A stretch of 64,000 bases of DNA from Thermoproteota archaeon (GTDB lineage: Archaea > Korarchaeota > Korarchaeia > Korarchaeales > Korarchaeaceae). Positions 19,328-28,694 of the stretch are shown one piece after another. Within the stretch, counting starts at the first letter, position 1. Each line of letters opens with the position of its first letter. A program made the translations under genes and the position numbers. The stretch is from NCBI GenBank assembly GCA_026986575.1, contig JALSOH010000006.1, positions 32,001 to 96,000 of the forward strand. Direction: 5' to 3'. The notes beneath the pieces were generated by a model. That model was not told the DNA's origin. It searched no databases and was given only the letters and a program-made list of their open reading frames with translations.

Positions 19328-19349
19328 CCCTGAACCCCCCGAAAAAGTG

Positions 19350-19610
19350 TTAGGAGGAGATGCCCTTCACCCGACTGTCGAACCTGAGCCAGTTCTCGTG
19401 GGCGGAGGGCTCTCTCTCCTTGAGGTAGTTGAGCACGAATTCCCTGATCTCCGAGCTATCTACTACCTCTTTGTCCTTGAATTTCTCCTGTACTACCTTA
19501 GCAACCTCATCAGCCAACTCAACGGAAGCACCAGCCTTAATTGCGGCCGCAACTATCTTTACGGGAAGGAACTCCTCCTCGGTCCCGGTGCTTCTCTTTC
19601 TCACCTTCAT
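19350..19610 (-). CDS. Stand-alone ATP-cone domain protein
   Basis: MKVRKRSTG.EEEF...KI..A...AG...V.SSEIREFV...L; GGTGA SD before ATG 19610. Confidence 0.85.
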   Translation of the reverse strand: MKVRKRSTGTEEEFLPVKIVAAAIKAGASVELADEVAKVVQEKFKDKEVVDSSEIREFVLNYLKEREPSAHENWLRFDSRVKGISS

Positions 19611-19695
19611 GTCATCACCTGGAGAGCTGGCTACCTGAATACGAAAAACTTTCACTCCTAGGGGTACGGTTAAAAGGGGATGCGGGAAGGCCGAG

Positions 19696-20121
19696 ATGAT
19701 CACCATGAACATAGCCGTGAGGGTAATGAGGGTTCAGGCCGAGAGATACGTGGAGCCAGAGGATCCACTGCCGCCAAACTTACAGATCTCCGTTAACATG
19801 AACCTAGGGAAGATAGAGGGATCTAAGGAGAGGGCTAAAGGTAAGTTCCTCATAGATGTGAGTTACCAACCCTCCGTGGCCAGAATAACCGTGGAGGGTA
19901 GGGTCATCATAACCGGCAAGAAAGATGAGATAGAGAGGATGTTGAGGGATGTAGGGGCCGGTAAGATGCCTCAGCCTGTGGTCCAAGCTGTGTACGCGGC
20001 GAGCTTCGCGGAGGCGGTTATGCTGTGTAGGTCGGTGGGAGTGCCTCCACCCCTGCCGCCGCTACCCCAGCCGCAGCCAGAGGGAAAAGGTAAGGCAGAG
20101 GGAATGGAATACTCACTGTGA
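19696..20121 (+). CDS. Conserved archaeal hypothetical protein (SecB-like topology)
   Basis: Four beta strands then helices ending in VGVPPPLP. Confidence 0.55.
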   Translation: MITMNIAVRVMRVQAERYVEPEDPLPPNLQISVNMNLGKIEGSKERAKGKFLIDVSYQPSVARITVEGRVIITGKKDEIERMLRDVGAGKMPQPVVQAVYAASFAEAVMLCRSVGVPPPLPPLPQPQPEGKGKAEGMEYSL

Positions 20122-20130
20122 GGGATCCCA

Positions 20131-20772
20131 ATGTGGGTGGACTTTCATGTGCATACTAGGAGATCCCGGGACTCAATGGCCTCTCCTAGGGATGTGGCTA
20201 AGTTAGCTGTGAGGAGGGGACTGAGCGCCATAGCTATAACCGATCACAATGAGGTGATAGGGGCCCAAGAGGTGATAGAAGAGGTCAGGAGGCTGGGTGT
20301 GGATCTGACTGTCATCCCGGGGGAGGAGGTGAAGACAGCGCAGGGCGATGTCATAGGGCTGTTCATAAGCGAGAGAATACCCAAAGGCATGGACGCGTCG
20401 GAAACCGTGGATAAAATAAAGGAGCAGGGGGGTTTGGTGATAGTGCCTCACCCTTTTGACAGGAAGAGGAGAGGAGCCTTGGGAAACGCGATCTTGGATA
20501 TTGTAGGAAAAATCGACTACATAGAGGTGATGAACGGGAGAACCCCCTCTTGGAATAATAGGAAGGCTGAGGAGTTCGCTAAACGGTACGGCATACCTGG
20601 TATAGGAGGAAGCGATGCCCACTGGCCTAGAGAGATAGGAAAGGTCAGGACGCTAGTTTCCAAGCTGGATGAAGGAAAAATAGAGCCAATAAAGGTGGAG
20701 GGGAACGGGTGGCCCCCCGTGATCTTTGGAGTCCTGTACTCATCCGTTGCTAAGGTGTATAAGATGCTCTAG
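20131..20772 (+). CDS. PHP-domain phosphoesterase
   Basis: DFHVHT, ITDHN, HP, GGSDAH. Confidence 0.92.
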   Translation: MWVDFHVHTRRSRDSMASPRDVAKLAVRRGLSAIAITDHNEVIGAQEVIEEVRRLGVDLTVIPGEEVKTAQGDVIGLFISERIPKGMDASETVDKIKEQGGLVIVPHPFDRKRRGALGNAILDIVGKIDYIEVMNGRTPSWNNRKAEEFAKRYGIPGIGGSDAHWPREIGKVRTLVSKLDEGKIEPIKVEGNGWPPVIFGVLYSSVAKVYKML

Positions 20773-21024
20773 CTAACCCCCTCCCACCTCGGGCATTATG
20801 GTGATCTCATCTTCAGGCCCCACCTCTGCGTCCAGTCCGCCCTTCGACTCCGCGGATATTCCGTTGATCAAGACTATCATCTTGAACCTTTCACCATCTG
20901 TCACGAGCTCCCTTACCTCTTGGGGAAGAGCTTCGAGCACCTTCCTCAGTGTAGTCCTGCCTAGGTTCAGCTCTACCTCCTTGCCTAGAAGCTCCCTCGG
21001 TTTTCCCAGTAACTTGAGTCTCAT
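20773..21024 (-). CDS. MoaD/ThiS/SAMP ubiquitin-like sulfur carrier
   Basis: Beta-grasp, LING..., C-terminal VGGG; ATG at 21024. Confidence 0.88.
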   Translation of the reverse strand: MRLKLLGKPRELLGKEVELNLGRTTLRKVLEALPQEVRELVTDGERFKMIVLINGISAESKGGLDAEVGPEDEITIMPEVGGG

Positions 21025-21035
21025 GAGAGTTCTCC

Positions 21036-22898
21036 TTACTCCGAGAGGCTCACCACTTTCTCCAGTTGAGGTATGACGCTCTCCAATCCCAGAGATCTGA
21101 GCGTGCTCTTCCTTGGGACGCCGTTGGTGTCCCACCCTCTGAGCTCGTAGTACCATGAGAGCATCTTATCGTAAGAGTCCCTGTCGAGCTTGGCGCCGGC
21201 AAGCGGTCCCTTGGTCAAGGGCTCCTCGAACCACTTCGCCGGTGGATAGTCCATGGTCCTATTCCAGCCACCCTTCTCCCTTATCCAGAAGGCCCTTATA
21301 AGCGAGTATATCCTGTTGGATATTATGTAGAGGTCGTCCCAGGTGTACTCCAGCCCAGTCGCAGCCTTCAGGAACTTGGTGTACCATTCAAGATCGAAGC
21401 CAAGCTCGATCCACGGTAATCTGCAGGTTACAGCGCTCTCGAAGAATCCTCCCCTCACGTTCTGCATCCAGATGAGCTTCTCCACCCTATCTCTACTCGC
21501 TACCCCTCTACCCTCCCTGACTTCTATTGAGATGAACCACGCGTCTTTGTGATGGGCCCCTATGGGACTCGTTCCATAGGCTAAGGCCATTCCTATGTAT
21601 GCATGGCAGTCGTATGCACTGGTCTCCAGCCCCTTAACGTGCATCGCGAATTTCTCGGCACCATTTCTTAGCTTGGAAGCAGCGTAAGCTACTCCCTCAG
21701 CCAGCACAGCACCGAATCCCTCCTTATTCACGATCTTCCTAGCCAGTTCCAGCATGGCCGGGGCGTTGCCCCACTCTAGATCTACGCCGACCTCCTCTTT
21801 GCTCAGTATACCCCTCTGAACCGCCTCGGTCGCGAATGCCAAGGCTGAGCCCATGCTTATGGCGTCCAAACCGGTCTCGTCGGAGAAGAGATTTAGAGTC
21901 ATTACCCAGCTCATGTTGTTGATTCCCAAGTTAGAACCGTTCATTGCTATGTTCTCGTAGTCAACCTCGGTCCTCCTCCCTTGATACGGACCTTCCTTTA
22001 TCTCAGTTATGTTACCACAGGGCATGTTGCAGTTAGGGCAGCCCTTCTGGGCGACCTTGTATATTTTCTCCATAGCGTTGCCGCCTATCTTGTCAAATCC
22101 ATCGAATACTCCCTCACTGAAGTTGTAGGTGGGGAGCGCGCTGTTCTCATTGGCCCATTCCACGGTGAACATAGTTCCCTGCCGCACCCAGAAATCGTAG
22201 TTATCCTTGGACTTCACATCCTTGTAGGCCTCAGCCCCCAGTCTGAGGACCTCCTTTGGATTATCCATCGGTATCTCCTTGGTTCCTCTCACTACCAAGG
22301 CCTTTAGATTCTTTGAACCCATGACTGCACCCATTCCTGGTCTTCCGCCAGCCCTTCCCTTCTCCGAGGTGACCACGGATATCTTTACTAGGTTCTCCCC
22401 AGCCGGTCCGATCACTAGGATTCCCGCATTCTTACCGTACTGGGACTCCAACTCGTCCTGAGTCTTGTAGGTATCCAGCCCCCACAGGTCCTTAGCCGAC
22501 TTTATCTCCACATTGTCATCCTCAATTACTATCATAGACGGCTCCTCAGCCTTCCCGGAGACGATGACCGCGTCATAACCAGCCTTCTTCAGCTGGACGG
22601 AGGCCTTAGTGCCTATATTACCGTCCCCATAGCCTCCTGTTAGGGGGGACTTGGCAGCTATGACCATCTTCCCGCTGCTCGGGAGCGTCAATCCAGTTAG
22701 AGGTCCAGTAGCAAATATGAGCAAGTTTTCTGGGGAAAGGGGGTCCATGCTAGGTGGAAGCTCCTCCCAGAGTGTCTTTATGGCGAGGCCCCTTCCACCG
22801 AGGAAATCTACGGCAACTTTAGGGTCTAGATCCTGTACCACAGCCTTTCCCCGGGTGAGGTCCACCCTGAGTATCTTGCCAGTCCAACCACCCTTCAT
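21036..22898 (-). CDS. aor: Tungsten aldehyde:ferredoxin oxidoreductase family enzyme
   Basis: LGGRG, KSPLTG, GR.G.GAVMGSKNLKA, CPNCNMPC, D..GLD. Confidence 0.95.
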   Translation of the reverse strand: MKGGWTGKILRVDLTRGKAVVQDLDPKVAVDFLGGRGLAIKTLWEELPPSMDPLSPENLLIFATGPLTGLTLPSSGKMVIAAKSPLTGGYGDGNIGTKASVQLKKAGYDAVIVSGKAEEPSMIVIEDDNVEIKSAKDLWGLDTYKTQDELESQYGKNAGILVIGPAGENLVKISVVTSEKGRAGGRPGMGAVMGSKNLKALVVRGTKEIPMDNPKEVLRLGAEAYKDVKSKDNYDFWVRQGTMFTVEWANENSALPTYNFSEGVFDGFDKIGGNAMEKIYKVAQKGCPNCNMPCGNITEIKEGPYQGRRTEVDYENIAMNGSNLGINNMSWVMTLNLFSDETGLDAISMGSALAFATEAVQRGILSKEEVGVDLEWGNAPAMLELARKIVNKEGFGAVLAEGVAYAASKLRNGAEKFAMHVKGLETSAYDCHAYIGMALAYGTSPIGAHHKDAWFISIEVREGRGVASRDRVEKLIWMQNVRGGFFESAVTCRLPWIELGFDLEWYTKFLKAATGLEYTWDDLYIISNRIYSLIRAFWIREKGGWNRTMDYPPAKWFEEPLTKGPLAGAKLDRDSYDKMLSWYYELRGWDTNGVPRKSTLRSLGLESVIPQLEKVVSLSE

Positions 22899-22941
22899 TC
22901 GATCACCGGGATTCACGGCAGCTGAAAATTAAAAGGTTTTA

Positions 22942-23898
22942 ATGCATAAGAATCCCGTGTGGCTCCACACAGGTTTGGCGGGGGATTCCAGCACTGTAAG
23001 GGCTTCAGTAGGGACTCTAGTGAGACTCGGGCTCCTTCACATGAAGATGACCGCAGCTCCTAGGACGGCTTACCTACTGCTCCCAGGCGGGTGTTTGGGC
23101 AAGTGCGCCTTCTGCCCTCAATGGGTCGACGAGGCCAGATTAGCTAGGCTGAGATGGCCGCTGGTTGATGTGAATAGCGTGGTCAGGGGCCAAGGGCTCT
23201 TCGAGAGAATATGCATCCAATCGACGCTTAGAAGAGGATTTTCATCCGAGGTAGAGAGCCTAGCATCGCTGTTTAGGGGTCCCGTCTCCATCTCCATAAA
23301 TCCCGTGCATCGAGATATACTGCAGCGCTTGAGGAGATACGCTGAAAGGATAGGAATTGGGCTGGATGCCATGTCCCCTACGGTATTCCGTAGAGTGAAT
23401 AAGCCCGGATCATGGAACTCATACATTAAGTTCATTGAGAACGCCATCAACGTATTTGGCAGGGGAAGGGTACACGTTCACCTGATAGCCGGGATGGGAG
23501 AATCCCTCGAGGAAGCTACACACATCATGTCCTCTCTATATGGGATGGGGGCTGAGGTAGCCCTCTTCTCGTTCACTCCCGTTCCCAGAACACCCATGGA
23601 ATCCCACCCTAAGCCAGATATCAGGTATTACAGGCAGCTTCAAGTGATACGGTACTTCTTGAGCGAGGGGATCCCCATCGAGGAAATCAAGTCTTACGAT
23701 CCCGACGAGTATAGGGAGGCTTTCCTGACCAGCGGATGCCCCTCCTGCAACAGGCCCTTTTACAACGAGAGCCCTAAAGGTCCGATATACAACTTCCCCG
23801 GCATGGATTTACTGAAGGGGGACTGGGAGAAGGTTAGGGAAGAGGTGATGACTGCCATTGGAGACCTTAGGGTTCATCCCCGTGGGAAAGTTCGCTGA
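22942..23898 (+). CDS. lipS2: Lipoyl synthase subunit LipS2 (radical SAM)
   Basis: CLGKCAFC plus C-terminal TSGCPSCNRP (TXGCPXCNRP signature of LipS2). Confidence 0.82.
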   Translation: MHKNPVWLHTGLAGDSSTVRASVGTLVRLGLLHMKMTAAPRTAYLLLPGGCLGKCAFCPQWVDEARLARLRWPLVDVNSVVRGQGLFERICIQSTLRRGFSSEVESLASLFRGPVSISINPVHRDILQRLRRYAERIGIGLDAMSPTVFRRVNKPGSWNSYIKFIENAINVFGRGRVHVHLIAGMGESLEEATHIMSSLYGMGAEVALFSFTPVPRTPMESHPKPDIRYYRQLQVIRYFLSEGIPIEEIKSYDPDEYREAFLTSGCPSCNRPFYNESPKGPIYNFPGMDLLKGDWEKVREEVMTAIGDLRVHPRGKVR

Positions 23899-24679
23899 GG
23901 TAAGCATAACTGGACACTATTGTCCCCTGAATTGCCCAATGTGTCGCGGAAAATGGCTCAGGGGGATGATACCAGCTACTTCCCCAGCCGGACTAGTCCG
24001 GCTGGGTCGTAGCCTGAGAAAGAAGGGAATCGAGGGTATCTTAATAAGCGGTGGTTTGGGGATTGACGGAAAACTGCCGCTGAGACCGTTCGCATCGGCT
24101 ATCCGAGAACTTAAAGAGATGGGATTCTTCATCAGCGTTCACACTGGAGTGGTTGGTGAGGAGGAGGCCAAGCTGCTCTCCATGGCTCAGGTGGACTTGG
24201 CCGACTACGAGTTGATCCTAGACGAAGAGGCCATAAGAAGGGCAAAGTCGCTCAAACTCACACCTGAAGACTTCGTGAGGGGTATGGAGCTTCTAGTTGA
24301 ATCGTCTATAGAGGTGGTTCCTCACATCACCGTGGGACTGCCTGGCTCCCGAGAGAAATGGTTCGAGGATGCAGCTAACGTAATCAGGGAGCTCGGAATA
24401 AGGAGATCGGTTGTACTAGTTTTCATACCAACCCCAGACACCCCCTTTGAGGACTACGAACCTCCACCACTGGGCAGGATGGTCGAGATAACCCGTGCGC
24501 TCAGCAGATCCTCGAAGGTCAGCCTTGGGTGCATGAGACCTCCTTGGATGAAGAAGAGGTTGGACAATGCTTTGAAGGGTCTGGTGGACAGAATAGCGAA
24601 TCCCCATCCCAGCATAGGGCTCAGCATAGTCCATGCGTGCTGTTCAATCCCTGAAGAGCTGATAGAGAGGTTCCTTTAG
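23858..24679 (+). CDS. lipS1: Lipoyl synthase subunit LipS1 (radical SAM)
   Basis: SITG..CPLNCPMC, LISGG, GCMRP and C-terminal CC signatures. Confidence 0.82.
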   Translation: METLGFIPVGKFAEVSITGHYCPLNCPMCRGKWLRGMIPATSPAGLVRLGRSLRKKGIEGILISGGLGIDGKLPLRPFASAIRELKEMGFFISVHTGVVGEEEAKLLSMAQVDLADYELILDEEAIRRAKSLKLTPEDFVRGMELLVESSIEVVPHITVGLPGSREKWFEDAANVIRELGIRRSVVLVFIPTPDTPFEDYEPPPLGRMVEITRALSRSSKVSLGCMRPPWMKKRLDNALKGLVDRIANPHPSIGLSIVHACCSIPEELIERFL

Positions 24680-24681
24680 CT

Positions 24682-26400
24682 TCAACGAGTTAGGAAACTG
24701 ACTACTCCCCTCAGCAACGGGCTCTTTATGCAGTGAGCGAGGTCCTTCGTGGGGTAAAGTGAGAGGGATTTCTTCACCTCGGCATCCAGCTTTATCGCTA
24801 CCTCCTCAATGGATTCCTTTATCCTGTCTAGTGGAAGCCCCATTTCGACGTATCTCAAGACCTCTCTGTCCAACTGAACCCTCCTTTTTGCCAGTTCATA
24901 CGCCCTCTCATCTATAAGTCCCGCCTCGAGCTTGGCCCTGTTCAATCTCTCATACGCGGTCAGGGATGAAGACACTACATCATGTCGATCCATCCAGGCG
25001 GTCCGGTAGTTCAGTGAGTACTTCCAATGGTAGGAGGTTAGGGCCCTTCGGTAACTCTCTAGGTCCCTGAATAGGATCTCATACCCGTACACCTCAGGGT
25101 TGACGAAGGCTCTGCTGCCCGGATCTACGAAGGGTGCTAGGGGTGAGACAAATGCGTCCACTCTGTCCGAGATTTTCCTCAATTTGAGGAAGTAGGATGC
25201 CACTAGATAGGCCTGATCGGGGGTCTGTCTCGGGAGCCCCATCATAAAGTAAAGGTCTAATCTCTCGAATTTCAGCTCCTCCACATGCCTAACCATTTTT
25301 TCTAGCTGATCGTTGCTGTAAGGTCTTCCAAATGCCCTTCTAACTTCTTCCAGAGGACTTTCAGGTGAAATTTGGAGATAAACCTTGTGGGAGGTCCTCC
25401 TCAACTGCTCTAACACCCTCCTCGATGGAGGAGAGAAGAACTCGAATATCAGCTCGTTTTCCAGATCTAACTCCTTGAGGAGCTTGGATAACTCCTCAAC
25501 CCTATCTCCATACCTGAGATCCCCGACAAAGAATATTGGCATAGATGAAAGGTTAGCTATCCCTTCTACCTCGTCAGCTATAGCCCGAGGGGACTTCAGC
25601 GCCAGCTTGTCCCTCCGAAAGAACTTTGAGTAGGTGAACTTTGAACCACCACATGTAACACAGTCGAACGAGCAACCCTTGACGGTAATGATCCCCGCAA
25701 TGGGCGCCTCTATGAAGGAGCAGAAGGGGACCCCTAGCGAGAGATCCCTGCACCTCATCAAGTTCTTCACCAGTACCCCGTGGTCTATGATGAACTCGTC
25801 TAGGCTATCTGGGATCCAACTGAGTTCATTTTCCCTGATCCTCCCGTTATCTCTCCATATTATGTTAGGCGTTCTCGAGGGACCTTCCTCCAAGAACTTG
25901 AGGAAGGGTACTTCGGCACTGTCACCAAGCAGAACGGCATCCACGGAGTCATAGCCAGCCATGATCTCCCTCCTGAAGAATGTAGAGGATAGGCCTCCCA
26001 ACACGACCTTGCTGTCCGGATGGTATCTCTTCAAGATCCTCGCTATCTCCAAGGCTCCATGCGCGTGGACAAGCCAGTGGAGATCTATACCATAGACATC
26101 GGCCTCCAAATCCTTCAAGAATTTCTCCACATCGAATTCCCTGTCCCTCAGCATTTTAGAGGCCAGATTGAATATCCCAACCTTGTACCCCCTTCTGCTC
26201 AGATAGGTAGCTAGCGTGAGGAAGCCATAGGGTATCATGTCGAAGACGAAGAGGGAAGGTACCACCTCGCTTATGACCGTAGCGTAGAGGTAGCGATCTC
26301 TGAAGTCATAGACGCTAGGTGCATGAATTAGCGCCACGTCCACTTTCAAGCCTGCAGCACCCGAGGCCAGACTAAATGCTTTTTTACTTAATGATTCCAT
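24682..26400 (-). CDS. B12-binding domain/radical SAM protein (methanogen MA_4551-like family)
   Basis: IHAPSVYDFR, DLHWLVHAHG, CSFDCVTCGGS, PLAPFVDPGS. Confidence 0.85.
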   Translation of the reverse strand: MESLSKKAFSLASGAAGLKVDVALIHAPSVYDFRDRYLYATVISEVVPSLFVFDMIPYGFLTLATYLSRRGYKVGIFNLASKMLRDREFDVEKFLKDLEADVYGIDLHWLVHAHGALEIARILKRYHPDSKVVLGGLSSTFFRREIMAGYDSVDAVLLGDSAEVPFLKFLEEGPSRTPNIIWRDNGRIRENELSWIPDSLDEFIIDHGVLVKNLMRCRDLSLGVPFCSFIEAPIAGIITVKGCSFDCVTCGGSKFTYSKFFRRDKLALKSPRAIADEVEGIANLSSMPIFFVGDLRYGDRVEELSKLLKELDLENELIFEFFSPPSRRVLEQLRRTSHKVYLQISPESPLEEVRRAFGRPYSNDQLEKMVRHVEELKFERLDLYFMMGLPRQTPDQAYLVASYFLKLRKISDRVDAFVSPLAPFVDPGSRAFVNPEVYGYEILFRDLESYRRALTSYHWKYSLNYRTAWMDRHDVVSSSLTAYERLNRAKLEAGLIDERAYELAKRRVQLDREVLRYVEMGLPLDRIKESIEEVAIKLDAEVKKSLSLYPTKDLAHCIKSPLLRGVVSFLTR

Positions 26401-26415
26401 ACCCCCCGATCTCCT

Positions 26416-27561
26416 ATGGAAGATCTCTCTACCGGTTTCAAGCTACTGAGAAATGCTCTTCTCTTATCTCTAATAGCCTTCATAGTACCTCTAATCTCCT
26501 TGGGAGCCATGGGAGTCGCAGACCTGGGGTCTCTCGAATTAGAGCAACTCATGGTCGCTCTGTCTGCAGTGACAGCGGCGGGAGCAGTAGCAGGAATCCT
26601 GAGTTTGATCTCACTGTTCTTCATGTACAAGGGATGGACGGAGATGTGCTATGGGCTTGATGAGCTGTTCTGCACGGTGAGTCGGGTAATAAAGTACGGT
26701 ACCATAGCCTCTTTTGCCCTCCTCCTGATCTCCGTCGGGATGATGTACTCCTCCATCCAGAATATGATGGGAAATCCCGCTGGAGTCCTCTCCACAATTC
26801 TTGCGGCCTCTCCTCTGCTCACGCTATCCGGTTTAGCTGGCCTTGCGGTCTTCATATCGATAATCTACGCATTCTACAAGTTAGGCGCGATCTTGGGAAT
26901 AGGTAATCTCAAGGTAGGAGCCGCACTTCTCCTGATAGGGCCCCTCGCTTCGTTTTCGAATGTAATCGCCCTATCACTGGGCTTAACTGTGCTGGGACTC
27001 ATCCTCCTGACTATCACCACGAATAAGCTGATCCATACCGAGATAGAGGTGGTGGAGGAGGGGGAGATCGAGGAAGAATACGAGGAAATGGTAGAGCGCA
27101 GGGAACCGAGATCTCCAAGAAAGGCGAGAAAGCCGAGGCGGAGGCCGGTCTATGGAGAAATGGAAAAACCTCGCAGGTACGAACCCGTGGAGGAGTGGAT
27201 GGAAGCTCCCGCCCCACCTCCTAAGCGCAAAGAGGTTGGTGCACAACTGGTGGGACCCAACGGCTTCGTTGCCAGGCTGGGTCCTGGAATAAGGACCTTC
27301 GGAAGGAGGGATTTCGCTGGCATCGTCCCAGATGAGGACCTCGACTACGTCTCTAGGAGACACTTCGAGATAAGAGGGACTTCACAGGGGTACTTCATAA
27401 GGGATCTAGGCAGCCTGAACGGCACCTGGGTTAACGGCAGGAAACTCGCTAGGGGAGAATCCGTCAGACTTACCAACGGTTCTGTGATAGATGTGGCCGA
27501 AGTTGTCCGGTTAAGGTTCGTCTCGAGCGAGCCTGAGGACTTAGGTGTCCCATCCCTATGA
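26416..27561 (+). CDS. Multi-TM membrane protein (DUF973-like) with C-terminal FHA domain
   Basis: About 6 TM helices, charged/Pro linker, FGRRD...VSRRHF...DLGSLNGTWVNG. Confidence 0.88.
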   Translation: MEDLSTGFKLLRNALLLSLIAFIVPLISLGAMGVADLGSLELEQLMVALSAVTAAGAVAGILSLISLFFMYKGWTEMCYGLDELFCTVSRVIKYGTIASFALLLISVGMMYSSIQNMMGNPAGVLSTILAASPLLTLSGLAGLAVFISIIYAFYKLGAILGIGNLKVGAALLLIGPLASFSNVIALSLGLTVLGLILLTITTNKLIHTEIEVVEEGEIEEEYEEMVERREPRSPRKARKPRRRPVYGEMEKPRRYEPVEEWMEAPAPPPKRKEVGAQLVGPNGFVARLGPGIRTFGRRDFAGIVPDEDLDYVSRRHFEIRGTSQGYFIRDLGSLNGTWVNGRKLARGESVRLTNGSVIDVAEVVRLRFVSSEPEDLGVPSL

Positions 27562-28655
27562 AGATCCAAGGATCCCTCGGCTCCTACCACGTGATAAAGA
27601 GGCTAGGAAGGGGGGGCTTCGCCGACATCCTCCTAGCCAGGGCTGACGGGGAACTGGTCGTTATAAAACTACCGAAAGACGACGAGATGTCCAGGATGCT
27701 CCTAAGAGAGGAGGCCTCTATCCTGAGGGAGGTATCCACCCCCTCTCCCCACGAGCACATAGTCGCATTCATTGAGTGGATAGATAGGGTGCCCGCTCTG
27801 GTGGAGGAGTATGTCCCTGGTCCCACGATAGGGGAGGCCTACAGGAGTAGGAGGGCTACGCAGAATGATGCAATAAGGATATCGTTGGGCGTTCTCTCCG
27901 CGCTGGAGAGGATACACTCACTGGGCGTGGTTCATGGGGATGTGAAACCCGATAACATAATCCTCCCGCGCTCCCTACACCCGGTTCTCATAGATCTTGG
28001 TGTAGCTAGGGCTATGGGCAAGAGATCCGTAGCGGGAACCCCTGGATGGAGCGCTCCAGAATTTCTGAGGGGAGAGGTCTCACCGGAGGCCGATATATAC
28101 TCAGTTGGGGTCCTGATTCTCTTTCTAGTGTATGGAACTGATCCTAGAGAATCTCTAGGGCCTGATGATCTCCCGAGGAATCTATCAGATCATCTCAGGT
28201 ATGTGCTAGCTAGGGCACTGGATCCCGATCCTAGGAGGAGGTTCAGCAGCGCGAGGGACATGTCGCTCGCCCTGATGGGAGTGAGGCTTCCCCCAGAGTC
28301 CGGTCCTAGGTTAGTCGTTCAGGGGAAGACTATACCCCTGAAGGACAAGATAACTATAGGAAGGGTGAAGAGACAGGGAGGCACGGGATGGGCAGATGTA
28401 AACCTACAGGAGATCGGATCAAGGAGATCCTTACCCCCTGGCCCACCTAAGGGGTGGATAGAGATAGTGAGGGTAGGGAGCGAGTACTGGATAAGCGATA
28501 GGGGAGCCCCGGGTGGGATATGGGTTTACGAGGGTAATGAGTGGATCAAAGTACTGGATTATCCGTTGAAACATGGTCAATTGATATCCTTCGGCCTCAG
28601 GAGGAGGGGAAGGAACGTACTCCCGTACATTCCCGCCAGAGTTTACTTAAGGTAA
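27558..28655 (+). CDS. Hanks-type Ser/Thr protein kinase with C-terminal FHA-like domain
   Basis: GRGGFA, VIK, HGDVKPDN, DLG, GTPGWSAPE, DIYSVG; ATGA overlap with upstream gene. Confidence 0.92.
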   Translation: MKIQGSLGSYHVIKRLGRGGFADILLARADGELVVIKLPKDDEMSRMLLREEASILREVSTPSPHEHIVAFIEWIDRVPALVEEYVPGPTIGEAYRSRRATQNDAIRISLGVLSALERIHSLGVVHGDVKPDNIILPRSLHPVLIDLGVARAMGKRSVAGTPGWSAPEFLRGEVSPEADIYSVGVLILFLVYGTDPRESLGPDDLPRNLSDHLRYVLARALDPDPRRRFSSARDMSLALMGVRLPPESGPRLVVQGKTIPLKDKITIGRVKRQGGTGWADVNLQEIGSRRSLPPGPPKGWIEIVRVGSEYWISDRGAPGGIWVYEGNEWIKVLDYPLKHGQLISFGLRRRGRNVLPYIPARVYLR

Positions 28656-28694
28656 CTTTTTTACCCGAGTCTAAGTAGGTCGCATCGATCGATC

